A program made the position numbers and the translations under genes. Shown here one piece after another: positions 1-13,891 of a stretch of DNA of 64,000 bases. The notes below the pieces were generated by a model. That model was not told the origin of the DNA, ran no database searches, and saw only the letters and a list, made by a program, of their open reading frames with translations. Source of the DNA: Octopus vulgaris (lineage: Eukaryota); assembly GCA_951406725.2 (NCBI GenBank), contig OX597837.1:9424001-9488000 (forward strand). Reading direction: 5' to 3'. Position 1 is the stretch's first letter. The number at the start of each line of letters is the position of its first letter.

Positions 1-181
1 AATGAAAGTTTAACTCGAACAGCAACACAAAAGCACTAACCGAAGTATTATATATATGTGTGTATATTTATATGTATATATATATACATACACATACATA
101 TCTATATCTGGGTAGATATATATATATATATGTATCTATACATATGTAGATACATAAATAAATAGGTGGGTAGATAGGTTG

Positions 182-213
<32 letters not shown>

Positions 214-302
214 TTATTTATTTATTATTTGAGGGAATAAAATGCAAACTTACAAGGAAAAAGAATTCAATTTAGAAATACTAAATCAAATTCCACACAA
301 TA

Positions 303-605
303 TAATATATATAAAATATTAGAAAAAAACCCCACCTTTTATCAATTCAAAATGAATAATTAAATTACACCATCTAGAAAATTACATATAATAGAAAAGT
401 TAAAATGAAATTAACAATTAAAAAGTAAAGATTAAGTCAATTACAAAAATTATATAATGTATATAATAGGTATTTTTTTGTAATTTATTTAATCTTTACT
501 TTTTAATTGTTATTTTAATTTTAACTTTTCTATTATATGTAATTTTCTAGATGGTGTAATTTAATTATTCATTTTGAATTGATAAAAGGTGTTTTTTCTC
601 AATAT

Positions 606-615
<10 letters not shown>
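303..615. mobile_element. AT-rich fold-back palindrome (MITE-like) in (TA)n
   Basis: Left arm ACCTTTTATCAATTCAAAATGAATAATTAAATTACACCATCTAGAAAATTACATATAATAGAAAAGTTAAAAT is mirrored by its reverse complement at ~515-590. Related copies lie at 6745-6905 and 32930-33190. Confidence 0.7.
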
Positions 616-663
<48 letters not shown>

Positions 664-709
664 CATATATACACACATACACACACATATATGCACATAT
701 ATATATGTA

Positions 710-880
710 TGGGGGCAGGGTCCCTTTCAGTTTCAGTGAACCGAATCCATTCATAAGGGTTTGGTCAGGTTGAGGCTACAAAAGAACAGATGTGACATCG
801 AAATTGCCTTTCAGCAGAACGGAACGTGAAATCAAAATCTTGAGAAGCAAACTAATTATGACATAGCTATAGCAGCGCCT
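710..880 (-). mobile_element. Degenerate 5' half of SINE type A
   Basis: Weak similarity to the reverse complement of 14041-14200 (CTTTCAGTTTC..CCGAATCCATTCATAAGG..TTGGTC). Confidence 0.5.
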
Positions 881-1349
881 TTCACTTCATTTTTCGGTGG
901 GGCGGGGAAACATCTTTACAAAAAAAAAAAGAAAATGAAAATGCATAAATTTAATTCTCAAAATATATTAATATTTTTTTTCAATATTTTCTTCAATTCT
1001 TTAAGCAACAAATTCAGTAACAATCTTTAGTCAGATGACATGATGTCAGAATGACATGATTCCTGCAAATACGGAAGATTACATTGCATTTGGGGCTGGG
1101 TAATATGCGCTCATATTTCCATGTGATTCTAGCTTATAATTACAGGAACCTTCTTATTATTTTCACAAGGAAATCTGGCTTGTTTCTTCTAACCAATGCT
1201 ATGTTTGCAGCATAAACATTAGATATTTTGAGGGGCTTCTAAATACCTTCTGATAACATTAATCATTTCCCTCTCTTTTATGCATTGCTCTAACGGAATT
1301 GTACCGTTTCTTTCGCTGTCATAATCCAGCATTTTATTAACGCTTTGCC

Positions 1350-1449
<100 letters not shown>

Positions 1450-1466
1450 ATACATACATGCATGTA

Positions 1467-1499
<33 letters not shown>

Positions 1500-1997
1500 G
1501 TATATATATGTATATATATATACATGTCTGTATGTATGCATATTTATATGTATATATATATATACATGCGTGTCTATGTGCGTGTGTGTATGTATTTGTA
1601 TAACACACACAGATATCTATATGTACATACATACTCGCACATATACATATGAATATAGATATTGTAATGTGTGTGTCCGCGTGTTTGTGTATGTGCGTGT
1701 GTATAACGTGTATATATATAAAATAGACAAATCTAGCTATAAATATGTATATGTAAATGTGTATGTAAACATATATATTTGAAAGGCATATGCATATTAT
1801 ACATACAATGTACATATGTTTATTTATATATATATATATATAATAGATAAATGTAAAATACTATATATATGTATATATATGTATATATATGTATATATAT
1901 GTATATATATATGAATATATATATGTGTATATATATACCTATATATATATATGTGTGTGTATATATATATATAAATGTATAGGTACACACACCCATA

Positions 1998-2091
<94 letters not shown>

Positions 2092-2313
2092 AATGTATAG
2101 GTACACACGCACACATAAGTACATATACATTTTTATATAAATATACGTTTGCGTATGCGTGCATTTGTAATACTGATTACGGAATAATATGTTTATACAC
2201 ACAAAAGTATCCTCGCACAGGCTAAATCATCATTACACACACACATATATATTTATATATATATATATACATATATATATATACATACATTCTTACATAT
2301 CGATTCTTGCATA

Positions 2314-2377
<64 letters not shown>

Positions 2378-2391
2378 TTCTTGCATATTGA

Positions 2392-2447
<56 letters not shown>

Positions 2448-2903
2448 GGAATATTTCTGCATACACATAATATCATACAGGTGATCACAAGCAGGCACAC
2501 AGGTTGATGTTCTTAAGTAGACACATCCACGTAAACATAGTTGCACATTGCGCATGCAATTCTGCACACAGAAACATACACACAAGTGCACAAGCATGAA
2601 GACAACCACATGCCTACCTCAAATTCACATATACGAGGAATGAGATGTAGTTAACCACGTAATGAGTGAAATTCTTAGCTATGCAACAGGTCTATTTGTT
2701 CCTACACAATTCACTGAAGAATACATGCGCATGAAACTATTATTCACGTTAATATATGTAGATGTATGCGCATATGCAACCCTATACACCATTTATATGA
2801 GGTGTTTGTATGCATGTGTAAACATACACATGGTCACATTGGAATTACGTGACGTACATATGCATGTGTCTCTCTCTCTTACTTTCTCTGTATATGTGTA
2901 TAA

Positions 2904-2952
<49 letters not shown>

Positions 2953-2963
2953 TACATATACTT

Positions 2964-3010
<47 letters not shown>

Positions 3011-3012
3011 AG

Positions 3013-3060
<48 letters not shown>

Positions 3061-3226
3061 TGTATATATATAAATATATAGCTATATATATATACATATA
3101 TATTTATACATATATATACATAAATGTGTATATATTTATGTATATACATATATGTATATATATATAAATATCTAGATATATATACATATATATATTTATA
3201 CATATATATGTGTACACACGTAAACG

Positions 3227-3261
<35 letters not shown>

Positions 3262-4184
3262 AACACACACATATATTCATATTTATATGTATCTATGGAT
3301 AAACACGTATACATACATGCATATCTAATTAAATATGCGTATGCATATAAATATTTATATACATATATAAATATATACACACACACCCACACACACATAT
3401 ATATTTATGTATCTATTTATATATATATAAACATATACACACACACATACATATATATATACATAGATAATATGTATCTATTTTTCATCCGTAGCTAGTT
3501 ATATATATATATGTCTAATTATATATATATGAATATGTATGTGTGCATAGACATACATACATACATACAGGCATACACCCTTTCATATAACGTCACATTA
3601 TTCTTTGTCACGCACATTTTGTATTTTTACTATTGTTATATAATTATTCGTTTTATTATTATTATTATCATTATTATCATCATTAATATTATTTTTATCC
3701 TTGTTATTATTATTATCCTTATTATGATTATTATTTATAAGTATCGTCATCATTTTTCTTTCTTTTTACACGACATTATTATTAAGTTGTTTTAGAATTC
3801 CATTTAGCGGTATTATTTTCATAATAACGTGATTGCGCAAATTTGATAAAAATTATTCTCTAATTTTGAATGTCAAATTAATAATTGAAAACCACATCAC
3901 ATTAACAGAACCCAGTGTTTCCTATTGAGGAATTGAACAGAAATAACTACCTTATCACCTGTTTAATGTTTCATACTACGATTCAACACGTGCCGAGGCA
4001 TGTGCGTATCGTGAGGGTTCCCTCTGGAAGTCAATCTCCTCTACTTTTGTGTGAATTCACGAATACACTCGATTCGGAGACAAAAACCCAGTAACATGCA
4101 CATGTACACATGTATGCAACAAAATTACGCGTAATCATCCGCCTATAATTTAAAATTACACACATAGATACACATCCACATGTA

Positions 4185-4248
<64 letters not shown>

Positions 4249-4308
4249 AGTACACACTACCCTCGTATATATGTGTGTATATATATATACATATATGTAT
4301 ACAAATAC

Positions 4309-4354
<46 letters not shown>

Positions 4355-4562
4355 GTGTGTGTGTATGTATGTATATATGCATACATATATGTACATATAT
4401 ACACATATATATATTGAGGGTGGTGTGTACTTTTCTGAAGGGCATTATTGATTCAAAGATACTCAATTATTTATTCAACGCCGTCTCAGAGATCGATTGA
4501 TGATTGAATCGAGTGAATAAATTGCTAAGTATCTGAGTCTCGAATATCATATTTATATATAT

Positions 4563-4662
<100 letters not shown>

Positions 4663-4685
4663 TTTTATATATTGCTTCTACCTAA

Positions 4686-4885
4686 TCTTTTAATCTGTTA
4701 CTGGTTTCGGGCGTTTGACTGCGGCCAAGCTGGAGCACCGCCTTTAGTCGAACAATTCGACCCCTGGACTTAGTCTTTGTAGGCCTAGTACTTATTTTAT
4801 CGGTCTCTGTTGCCGAAGCACTAAGTTACGGGGACCAACATCGGTTGTCAAGTGGTGGACGGGGGAAAAACCAAGACACACAAAC
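4686..4885 (-). mobile_element. SINE type A, 3' half
   Basis: TTTGACTGCGGCCAAGCTGGAGCACCGCCTTTAGTCG...CCTAGTACTTATTTTATCGGTCTC matches the reverse complement of 14280-14460. Confidence 0.8.
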
Positions 4886-4901
4886 GTATATATATATAAA
4901 T

Positions 4902-4953
<52 letters not shown>

Positions 4954-4972
4954 TACACGCATATACATAGAT

Positions 4973-5091
<119 letters not shown>

Positions 5092-5671
5092 TTTATACAT
5101 ATATGCATGTGGTTAGGAAGCAAACTACTTTGACATACAGCCACACATGGCTTCCGCACAGTTTCCATCTAATATGTACATGTATAATGCATCAAACAAC
5201 CCGAGGCTATAAGGGAAAATTGTGGGTCCAAGTGACACTGAGTGGGAAAAAACCCGAAATCACGTTGTTGCCAAGTGAGCGTATAAAACACCGAATCCAA
5301 CGTTTTCGGTATCTGGAATCCATTCCTCTTTACTCCATAATGGAAACGGATTTAGTTTAACCTAATCAAAGACGTTTGGAAATTTACTAGAATGCCAATA
5401 TTTATATATATTTTGAACCGTTCTTCGAAGAATGCCTCCTGGTCACCAGAAAGGATCCCAACAATCATTTTACAATCATTATCTGTCAAAACTTCGACTC
5501 ATCTTTTATAGAATGTGAGGTTCGAATTTTCCGTTATTAACATGGTTCTGTTGATGGAGTGATCGGCGTTTGTGGCAGCATTCTATTTACCAAATTCCAA
5601 AATACTTTCTGTGCTTGGGAGGCAGGTCAGCAGCTGATTTGATGGAGCGAGCTTCGTAAAGTTCATTGTAA

Positions 5672-5990
5672 GTTTATTTTATTTATGCGCCCTTTTCAAG
5701 CCTAGCCAGGATCATGGGCCCGGTTTCCCGGTTTCTATGACGTATGTGTTCCCAGCAGCTGGACGGGATGACAGTCCATCGCAGCGTTTCTCAAGAAACT
5801 GGAAGAAAGAGTGAGAGAAAGTTGGTGCGAAAGAGTACATCATGGGTCGCCACCTACCCCTGTTGGAGCCTCATGGAGCTATAGGTGTTTTCGTTCAATA
5901 AACACACACAACGACCGGTCTGGGAATCGAAACAATGATTCTCCGACCACGTGTCCGCTACCCTAACCACTGGGCCATTGCGCCTCCACT
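5672..5990 (-). mobile_element. tRNA-derived SINE, head B + tail Y
   Basis: Minus strand starts GGAGGCGCAATGGCCCAGTGGTTAGGG (A box) ...TTTCGATTCCC (B box), the same head as 13452. Tail GCGATGGACTGTCATCCCGTCCAG...GAAACCGGG ends in a TAAA-rich tail. Confidence 0.85.
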
Positions 5991-6539
5991 GTACAAATAG
6001 TAACATGCAAAAAAACACATACTTTGGTCGATTCACTCAGTTAAACTCTTTAGGTTGGTGCGCTAATATGGTCGCAGCCCAATAACCGGAACCAGCAAAA
6101 GAATACAACATTGTCGAAATGCGAAATTATAAAAAAAAAACATTTTTTAGAAAATTAAAACAGACTGAAAAACAGAGAATATGACACATGAGCAAACATA
6201 ATGAGGTGTGAAAATTAAAAGTTACTCATTAAAACATCAAAATTAGAATTAATTTGTCAAAATGAATAAAACAAAGATTGTAAAAATCAAAGAACGCAGA
6301 CAGATAGTAGCACAGTTAATAACATGGGCGCCACTTCAAATACTAACAACACCAGCAACAGTTTTAGTAACAAACAAAAGCAACGAGACTATCAACAATA
6401 ATAACCACAAGACGAAATATATTTTAATGAAGTGGCGGGTCACAGGGTGGTACTGATTATTAACAATACAAGGTATCTATAAATTATCTGTACGAAACAT
6501 GAAAAAAAAACAGAAAAAAAAAGATAACGTTATATTATA

Positions 6540-6720
6540 GGTGCAAGTGCGGCTATGTGGTTAAACGTTTACTTCCCAAACGTATGGTCCCGGGTTCAGT
6601 CCCACTGAGGAGCACATTCGGCAATATCCTCTATAGCTTCCGGCTGACCAAAACCTTGTGAATGGATTTCGGATATGGAAACTGAAAGAAGCCTGTTGTA
6701 TACACACAGACACACACACA
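6540..6720 (+). mobile_element. SINE type A, 5' half
   Basis: GGCTATGTGGTTAA...CCGGGTTCAGTCCCACTG...GGAAACTGAAAGAAGCC, homologous to 14041-14200. Confidence 0.75.
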
Positions 6721-6744
6721 CACACAAATATATGTATATATATA

Positions 6745-6905
6745 TAAAATATTAGAAAAAACCACCTTTTATCAATTCAAAATGAATAATTAAATTACAA
6801 CATCTAGAAAATTACATATAATAGAAAAGTTAAAATTAAAATAACAATTAAAAAGTAAAGATTTAGTAAATTACAAGAATAATATAATGTATATAATAGG
6901 TATAA
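6745..6905 (+). repeat. Single arm of the 303-615 palindromic element
   Basis: Near-identical to 310-470. Confidence 0.75.
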
Positions 6906-6909
6906 TAAT

Positions 6910-6981
<72 letters not shown>

Positions 6982-6983
<2 letters not shown>

Positions 6984-7125
6984 GGCGGGCTTTTTTCAGT
7001 TTCCGTCTACCAAATCCACTCACAAGGATTTGGTTGACCCGAGGCAATAGTAGAATACACTTGCCGAATGTGTCATGCAGCGGGACTGAACCCGAAACTA
7101 TGTGGTTAGGAAACAAGCTTCTTAC

Positions 7126-7127
<2 letters not shown>
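6982..7127 (-). mobile_element. SINE type A, 5' half between (TA)n tracts
   Basis: CAGTTTCCGTCTACCAAATCCACTCACAAGG...GGGACTGAACCCG is the reverse complement of the type A head. Confidence 0.8.
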
Positions 7128-7200
<73 letters not shown>

Positions 7201-7484
7201 AGCCTCTCTTTTTTACTTAGAGCCCCAGCTTTTGTTAGAGGTTCCCTTTTTTCTTAGAACCCCAGTTTTTGTTGGCAAGAGAAGCACGAGGGAGACACTA
7301 AACGATGATGGTGCTGAAGTGGGCCATTGGGACTTTGACGCGTTCATATCGTCTTAAATACTATTAGTACGGTGTGTCCCTAAAAAGGGCAATTCATTTT
7401 ACTCAGCTCTAAAGGACCCCCAGCAGGATTCTGACGATGGTCTTCCTCTCTCACTCTCACTCTCTCTCTATCTCTCTACCTCTC

Positions 7485-7985
7485 AAGACATGGATATGAT
7501 GCTCCCCAACTACACCTGCTCGTCATCAGAGACGCACATATCGTGAGCCACTAAGGGACACGCTGAACTGGAAAACATTAAGCAACTGACTGTGAGGGCG
7601 CGTGGCTTAGTGGTTAGGGCATTCGGCTCATGATCGTAAGGTTGTGAGTTCGATTCCCGGCGACGCGTTGTGTCCTTGAGCAAGACACTTTATTTCACGT
7701 TGCTCCAGTCCACTCAGCTGGCAAAAATGAGTTGTACTTGTATTTCAAAGGGTCAGCCTTGTCACTCTCTGTGTCACGCTGATTATCCCCGAGAACTACG
7801 TTAAGGGTACACGTGTCTGTAGAATGCTCAGCCATTTGCACGTCAATTTCACGAGCAAGCTGTTCCGTTGATCGTATCAGCTGGGACCCTCGTCGTCGTA
7901 ACCGGCGGAGTCTTTAGAAGCAACTGACTAGCAAATCTGTGGTATTGCGCAGAATATTTGTTGTAGCACAACTTTTACACCAGGT
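7485..7985 (-). mobile_element. Diverged copy of the 50020-50568 element, split by a SINE
   Basis: ATGATGCTCCCC..GAGCCACTAAGGGACA..AGCAAATCTGTGGTATTG.GCAGAATATTTG matches the reverse complement of 50095-50260. Confidence 0.7.
7592..7917 (+). mobile_element. tRNA-derived SINE, head D (CORE-like central domain) + tail X, with 12-bp TSD
   Basis: A box TGGCTTAGTGG, B box GTTCGATTC, central GTGTCCTTGAGCAAGACACTT. Flanked by AAGCAACTGACT at 7580-7591 and 7918-7929. Confidence 0.88.
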
Positions 7986-8865
7986 AAAAACTTTCGATTT
8001 AACATTTCCAATTCGTTTATATAACAATGATAAGAACATAGAGACGTTTGGAATCATAAGTATGTGATACTTGTCGAAAATGAATCCTTTGTAGTTTGTT
8101 TTTACATCAGCTGTATTTTGAAAGTCACCACAGTTCGTTCAGTGTCTGAAGCAGACAGAGAATCTATTTCAAATATAACTTCAGATGTTTTTACTCATCT
8201 GCGGAATATTGTAGTGTTTATAGTAATTTGAAGAGAGGAGCAGTTAAAAAACTTAAAACACGGGTTGCGGCATTGTTGACAATTTTTTGAAAGAAGAGTG
8301 TCATTTGATCATTGGACACTCGAAACAGAAATCATAAATTTTAACTATCATAAATGGAATTTAGATTTTAAAAAATTGTAAACGGGAAAAAAGTTACTAT
8401 ATAAAACAAATATAGTTTCCAATAATATCAGAATGTAATATTTTAAAGCTACAATTTGAACGATATCAGTATAAGTAACAACAGAAGTAACAACAAAAAT
8501 AATAAAAATACACTAACGCATACATACATTCACGTACACATTTCTCGTAACATAACGAAAAATATGTTGATTTAAATCTTTAAACATACAGTTATTGAAT
8601 GGTTAATTTTTGTCAGCATCAACTAACCGTTTCTGAGGAATTATTTGCTACGCAGAGATTTGTAAGCAAAAAGTATAAAGAAGAGAAAAGGTAAGGGTAA
8701 ATTGGGGCTTCATTTTAGCGCAAGGAACGAATGAGTAAGTTATAACATGACTGATGCTTAGATTTTTTTTTAAATCCGTGTTTTTATATCTGCACAGACT
8801 AACACACACATACACACACACACACACACACGTATACATACATATATACATAAAAAATACGAGAC

Positions 8866-9090
8866 AAAGATGACATATATGGACCCTTGATAAGGAGTTT
8901 GGAATCCAATACCCAAGGTACACTTTCAGCTTTGTATCTATTATTATTGGAGCAAGAGTATTCGTACCAACGCGTCTGGAGTAAAGGATGGCCGAACTTT
9001 GGGTCTTGGGGAGAGGACCCAAATCCTTAATTCGTATGCTATGTATGATCACTATATGTTGCAGTATGAAAATCTAGACGTTAAGATTCC
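8866..9090 (+). mobile_element. Degenerate RLE-domain C-terminus of an R4-like LINE
   Basis: Manual translation with one frameshift: KDDIYGPLIRSL/IQYPRYTFSFVSIIIGARVFVPTRLE*RMAEL. This fits the K..Y..L...P(I/V)I(I/V)GAxG motif of RLE LINE C-termini. Confidence 0.55.
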
Positions 9091-9228
9091 ATGGATGATG
9101 ATTAAAATGAGGATACCTTCGTTCATAACCTTGTTACCAAGTAGGTGGCGGGTCAAAGTTTACTTTGAAATTAGGAGAAAGCGAAGAACATATGTACGTA
9201 CATAAATGCTATGTACAAAAGAATTTGT

Positions 9229-9319
9229 AATAGTGGCAGTGGTGGTGGTGGTGGTGGTGGTGGTAGTAGTAGTAGTTGTGGTATTGGTGGTAGTGGTGGT
9301 GGTAGTAGTAGTGGTAATG

Positions 9320-9352
<33 letters not shown>

Positions 9353-9526
9353 TTATATGTTATTTCTTGTTGCTGTCAATGTATGTTCCGTTCCTTTTCT
9401 TAGTGTCGGTCTGTTCGATATTGTATTATGTATTGCTCATCTATATACCACCAGCACCAGCAGCAGTAGTTGTAGTAGTTGTAGTAGTAGTAGTAGCAGT
9501 AGCAGCAGCAGCAGCAGAGGCAATAT

Positions 9527-9574
<48 letters not shown>

Positions 9575-9640
9575 CAGTAGTTGTTGTATTAGTTATTAGT
9601 TATTAGTTATTATTTCAGTTGTTGTTGTTGTTACTGTTGT
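9229..9640. repeat. (TAG)n/(TGG)n/(CAG)n trinucleotide microsatellite cluster
   Basis: Directly visible. Confidence 0.95.
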
Positions 9641-9955
9641 TGCTTAAGACGTTGTTTGTTGTTTTCTAATATCGTCGTACTCTTGGTTACGGTTAGAGTC
9701 GTCAGACGTTCTTATTTATATTCATCAAAGATGTCACGAACTGAATATTGTTCTCGAATTGTACCAGGAAAAGAAAAAAAAGCAACAATATCTAAAAACG
9801 GAAAAAGAACGAAAAGCACAACAATCATAACAACAACAGCAACAACAACAGCAACAACAACAACAAATCAACAACACAGTCTCAAAAGGAAAGATAATTG
9901 GTTGGTAATAACGGAAAGAAGTAAAATTAAGTTTCGTTTCATTCCAATAAGAAAT

Positions 9956-9956
<1 letters not shown>

Positions 9957-10042
<86 letters not shown>

Positions 10043-10169
10043 ATAATAATAATAATAATAATAAAGATGATGAAGACGCTGACTAAGATAATGAAAGATA
10101 AATAACAAAAATTCATATAACCACAACCATGGCAACAACAACAACAACAATAATAATAATAACAATAAC

Positions 10170-10234
<65 letters not shown>

Positions 10235-10247
10235 CAACAACAACAAT

Positions 10248-10321
<74 letters not shown>

Positions 10322-10350
10322 TAATAATAATAATGATAATGATAATAAAT
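9957..10350. repeat. (TAA)n microsatellite arrays
   Basis: Directly visible, two tracts. Confidence 0.95.
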
Positions 10351-10773
10351 GTAAGGAAATTGACTGTGTTTGCTTTAGAGAATGTCTTTGGTTTTTGGTT
10401 CCAGTGATAAATAAAGTTAGTCATATTAAATAAAATTAGAAGAATAAAATAAGAAGAAATAAATTTCTTTTTTTAATCTATTAAAAGAAAATTAGCGATT
10501 CGAAATAATATTTTTTTCTCTTTTGTTTATTTCTTTGTTTGTTTACTGAATTATTATTTTTATGTATATATGGATGGCTTTTTTTTTTTTTTAGTTTTTG
10601 TTTTTGGTTTATAATTTTTCAATCGTTAATCAGAAGAAAAGATCGAATTTTGCAGACACACAGTCATACGGATAAACATGTTAGAATCTTCTGAGACCTA
10701 GAAGAATTTGCAAGATAGCATCACCTGTTCCCTCCTCTCATTCTGCCACTACTACTACTACTACTACTACTAC

Positions 10774-10807
<34 letters not shown>

Positions 10808-10859
10808 GAGGAGGAGGAGGAGGAAGAGGAGTAGTAGGAGGAGGAGGATAATAATAAGT

Positions 10860-11075
10860 GCAGCCATAGTGGCTCGACGTGTTTTACTAAAAACTAAAAG
10901 ACTAACTGTCAGCGAAATTGACAAAATAGTCAGATCAGTCAAAAGTCAGATAAGTATAACACACACTCACTCACACCCACGGGTAAAAGCTCTGAAATCA
11001 CTAACTCACACCAGCAAACTGGGTATACAGAACCCGATGAAGGTGGACCATCAGTTGATACTAAAAACACTATGA
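10860..11075 (+). mobile_element. Possible N-terminal fragment of an R4/Dong ORF
   Basis: VARRVLLKTKRLTVSEIDKI resembles the RRxIxxxxxLxxxEIxxI motif at the start of R4-clade ORFs. It follows a short TAA run. Confidence 0.4.
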
Positions 11076-11314
11076 ATGACCACGGCTGCAATGAACTGTT
11101 AGATGGAATACTAGAACGATAACTAATACAGTTGAAGATAGAACTGTATTTAAATTGATGTAACGATTGCATTGTTCAATTAAAAATAGTCGCTTGAAAC
11201 GGTCGTACTGCATCACTACTTTGAAATCTTGTCAATTATTTTGATTCTATTCACCCTACTTCGAGCTGTTCGGATAATACCAGACTGTATCTTAATTACT
11301 TCTCATACATATGT

Positions 11315-11372
<58 letters not shown>

Positions 11373-11659
11373 ACATATACACTTAAACGTACAAATATAT
11401 CTTTTAATATCTGCTGCTAATAATTTGCTTGGGCACATAAAGTACGATATAAAAATATGTTCATTTAATGTGTTTCCCGAGCATGAAACTACTAGTAGGT
11501 CCTATTCAAACACTACCTTTATTAAATATGTGTCTCTCACTCAATGGAGTACTTGTTTCTTTACTCCAACCTATAATGGAACCGTAAACTACACGCGCAT
11601 ATATATATATATATATGCAGAGAGATAAGCAGAAAAAGTGAATGATAGAAAAGATATAT

Positions 11660-11960
11660 AGAATATTAAATAAATTCAATACGATGGCGGGAGTATTGGA
11701 ATCCAATTAGATTTTGCTTCCGCCAATAATATTAGATAATTTCTCAATCCACAGAAGCTGAAATAGAAAAACGAAATTGGATGACATTTTAATAGAATAT
11801 CGAGGCATTCGTAAACTGTGCAAAGAATTAAATTCAACTAGTATCCTGGTGCCGATTATATCCACCTACTTAAAAGGGTTAGAAATATTACGAAAGGAAT
11901 TCATAGCAAATGAAAATATTAAATTTTGCATTTGTCTTTTAAAGAGACTGAATGTGTAAT
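11660..11960 (+). pseudogene. Possible decayed P-element/THAP9-like transposase fragment
   Basis: Broken frames give IILDNFSIHR (~11726) and DYIHLLKRVRN (11854), in the order of the catalytic D and DxxHLLKxxRN motifs. Confidence 0.35.
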
Positions 11961-12389
11961 CGTGTGCCGAAACCTTCTTTTTTTTAATATGTATCCTGAG
12001 AATACATATTATAGAATAAAAATTTTTCATAAGAAGGAAGATTAATATCATAGAATGCGTTATTGATTATTTAATATAACTTAACAAAGAAACCTAATAT
12101 CTGTAATTTATTTTATATATATATTTAGGTTTGCTAAAAGAATTATTTTCGTTATGATAATGAACGTAAAATTATGCATTCCGTTGTTCCTTCGCCTTTT
12201 CTCTGGAAGACGAAACTCTGCGACCCACATGACCATATCTATTTACCTATCTGTCTGTCTGTCTGTCTGTCTATCTGTCTATTTGTCTGTCTGTCTGTCT
12301 GTCTCTTTGTGTTTGCATGTGTGCGTGCGTGTGTGTGTGTGTGTGAGTATTCAATTCTTATTTTGAAACTTACTTGAATATATATGCGA

Positions 12390-12426
<37 letters not shown>

Positions 12427-12429
12427 CTA

Positions 12430-12628
12430 TCACCATGATTGACCGCTAGCTACTAAAGCTTTCTTTTCTTATTCTCTCTCTGTTTATTTTCTCGTGTTCC
12501 TTCCTGTTGAAGAGCATAGACTCGAAACGTAAAATAATTTCTCACCTTCTCGAGCATTAAACTAATACACCTATTTGTTGTTTACACACATGTCTTCGTG
12601 TTTTGTATTTTATAAATTGCAACTATAT
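12430..12628 (+). mobile_element. Short hammerhead-bearing element (family H1)
   Basis: CTGTTGAAGAGCATAGACTCGAAACGTAAAA, homologous to 20555-20772 and 33325-33512. Flanked by (TA)n. Confidence 0.7.
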
Positions 12629-12633
12629 ATACA

Positions 12634-12930
12634 TATCACCGTGATAACCGTGACCGACCAAGCTATCAGATGTTGCTACACATCGCTGGTTACAAAGCCC
12701 TTTGCATTGTTTTAGCCTTCAAGTGACGCCACCCAGCTGGCTAACCGAGCAGGCCAAGAGAAGGGAGAGTGAGAGAAAGTTGTGGCGAAAGAGTACAGCA
12801 GGGATCGCCACCACCCCCTGCCGGAGCCTCGCGGAGCTTTTAGATGTTTTCACTCAATAAACACTCACAACGCCCGGTCTGGGAATCGAAACCGCGATCC
12901 TACGACCGTGAGTCCGCTGCCCTAACCACT
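12634..12930 (-). mobile_element. tRNA-derived SINE, head B + tail Z
   Basis: Head near-identical to 13488-13650. After CTTTCTCTCACTCT it continues into an unrelated tail (CTTGGCCTGCTCGGTTAGCCAGC...CATCTGATAGCTTGGTCGGTCACGG). Confidence 0.85.
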
Positions 12931-13013
12931 AGGGCAGCGGAACAATGTGGTCGAGAAGCTTGCTTCTTACCACACAGCCAGTCCTGCGCCTATCTATCTA
13001 TATCTCTCTTTGA

Positions 13014-13120
<107 letters not shown>

Positions 13121-13471
13121 TATATACATGCTTACATACACATCTATGTTGACTCACACACATATACACAAATACAACATAATTCTTCCAGAAGCAGAAT
13201 TCTGTTGTCAGATTATAACCACTGTAGTTGCATAAATATTTAATTTGCGCAGCCTAAGATCACTTAGCAATCACTCGAACTCCTAAAACCCTAAGCCTTT
13301 TCTTCCTGATCTCCTTTTCTACATTTCCTCCCAAAACAACGAACACCTTGAACATTGCTATCTATTTACAATATACTCTACCTTCTACCTAATCCTGTCT
13401 GCTAGAACAGTGTTAATCCCGGACTACGAAAAGACGTCAGTAACAAGAATAATCCTTTATACTACAGACGT

Positions 13472-13865
13472 GGAGGCGCAATGGCCCAGTGGTTAGGGCA
13501 GCGGACTCGCGGTCATAGGATCGCGGTTTCTATTCCCAGACCGGGCGTTGTGAGTGTTTATTGAGTGAAAACACCTAAAGCTCCACGAGGCTCCGGCAGG
13601 GGATGGTGGTGATCCCTGCTGTACTCTTTCACCACAACTTTCTCTCACTCTTATTTCCTGTTTCTGTTGTACCTGTATTTCAAAGGGCCGGCCTTGTCAC
13701 TCTCTGTGTCACGCTGAATATCCCCGAGAACTACGTTAAGGGTACACGTGTCTGTGGAGTGCTCAGCCACTTACACGTTAATTTCACGAGCAGGCTGTTC
13801 CGTTGATTCGGATCAACCGGAACCCTCGTCGTCGGAACCGACGGAGTGCTTCCATCCACTACTAC
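13472..13865 (+). mobile_element. tRNA-derived SINE, head B + tail X (full length)
   Basis: GGAGGCGCAATGGCCCAGTGGTTAGGGCAGCGGACTCGCGG (tRNA-Arg-like head). Tail from TGTATTTCAAAGGG is shared with 7741-7911. Confidence 0.9.
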
Positions 13866-13891
13866 ATACACGAAGATAATAAAAATAATAA

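Noticed and set aside
13472-13545. tRNA-Arg-like gene (and similar A/B-box heads elsewhere)
   Set aside because: It continues into multi-copy SINE bodies, so these are SINE heads rather than tRNA genes.
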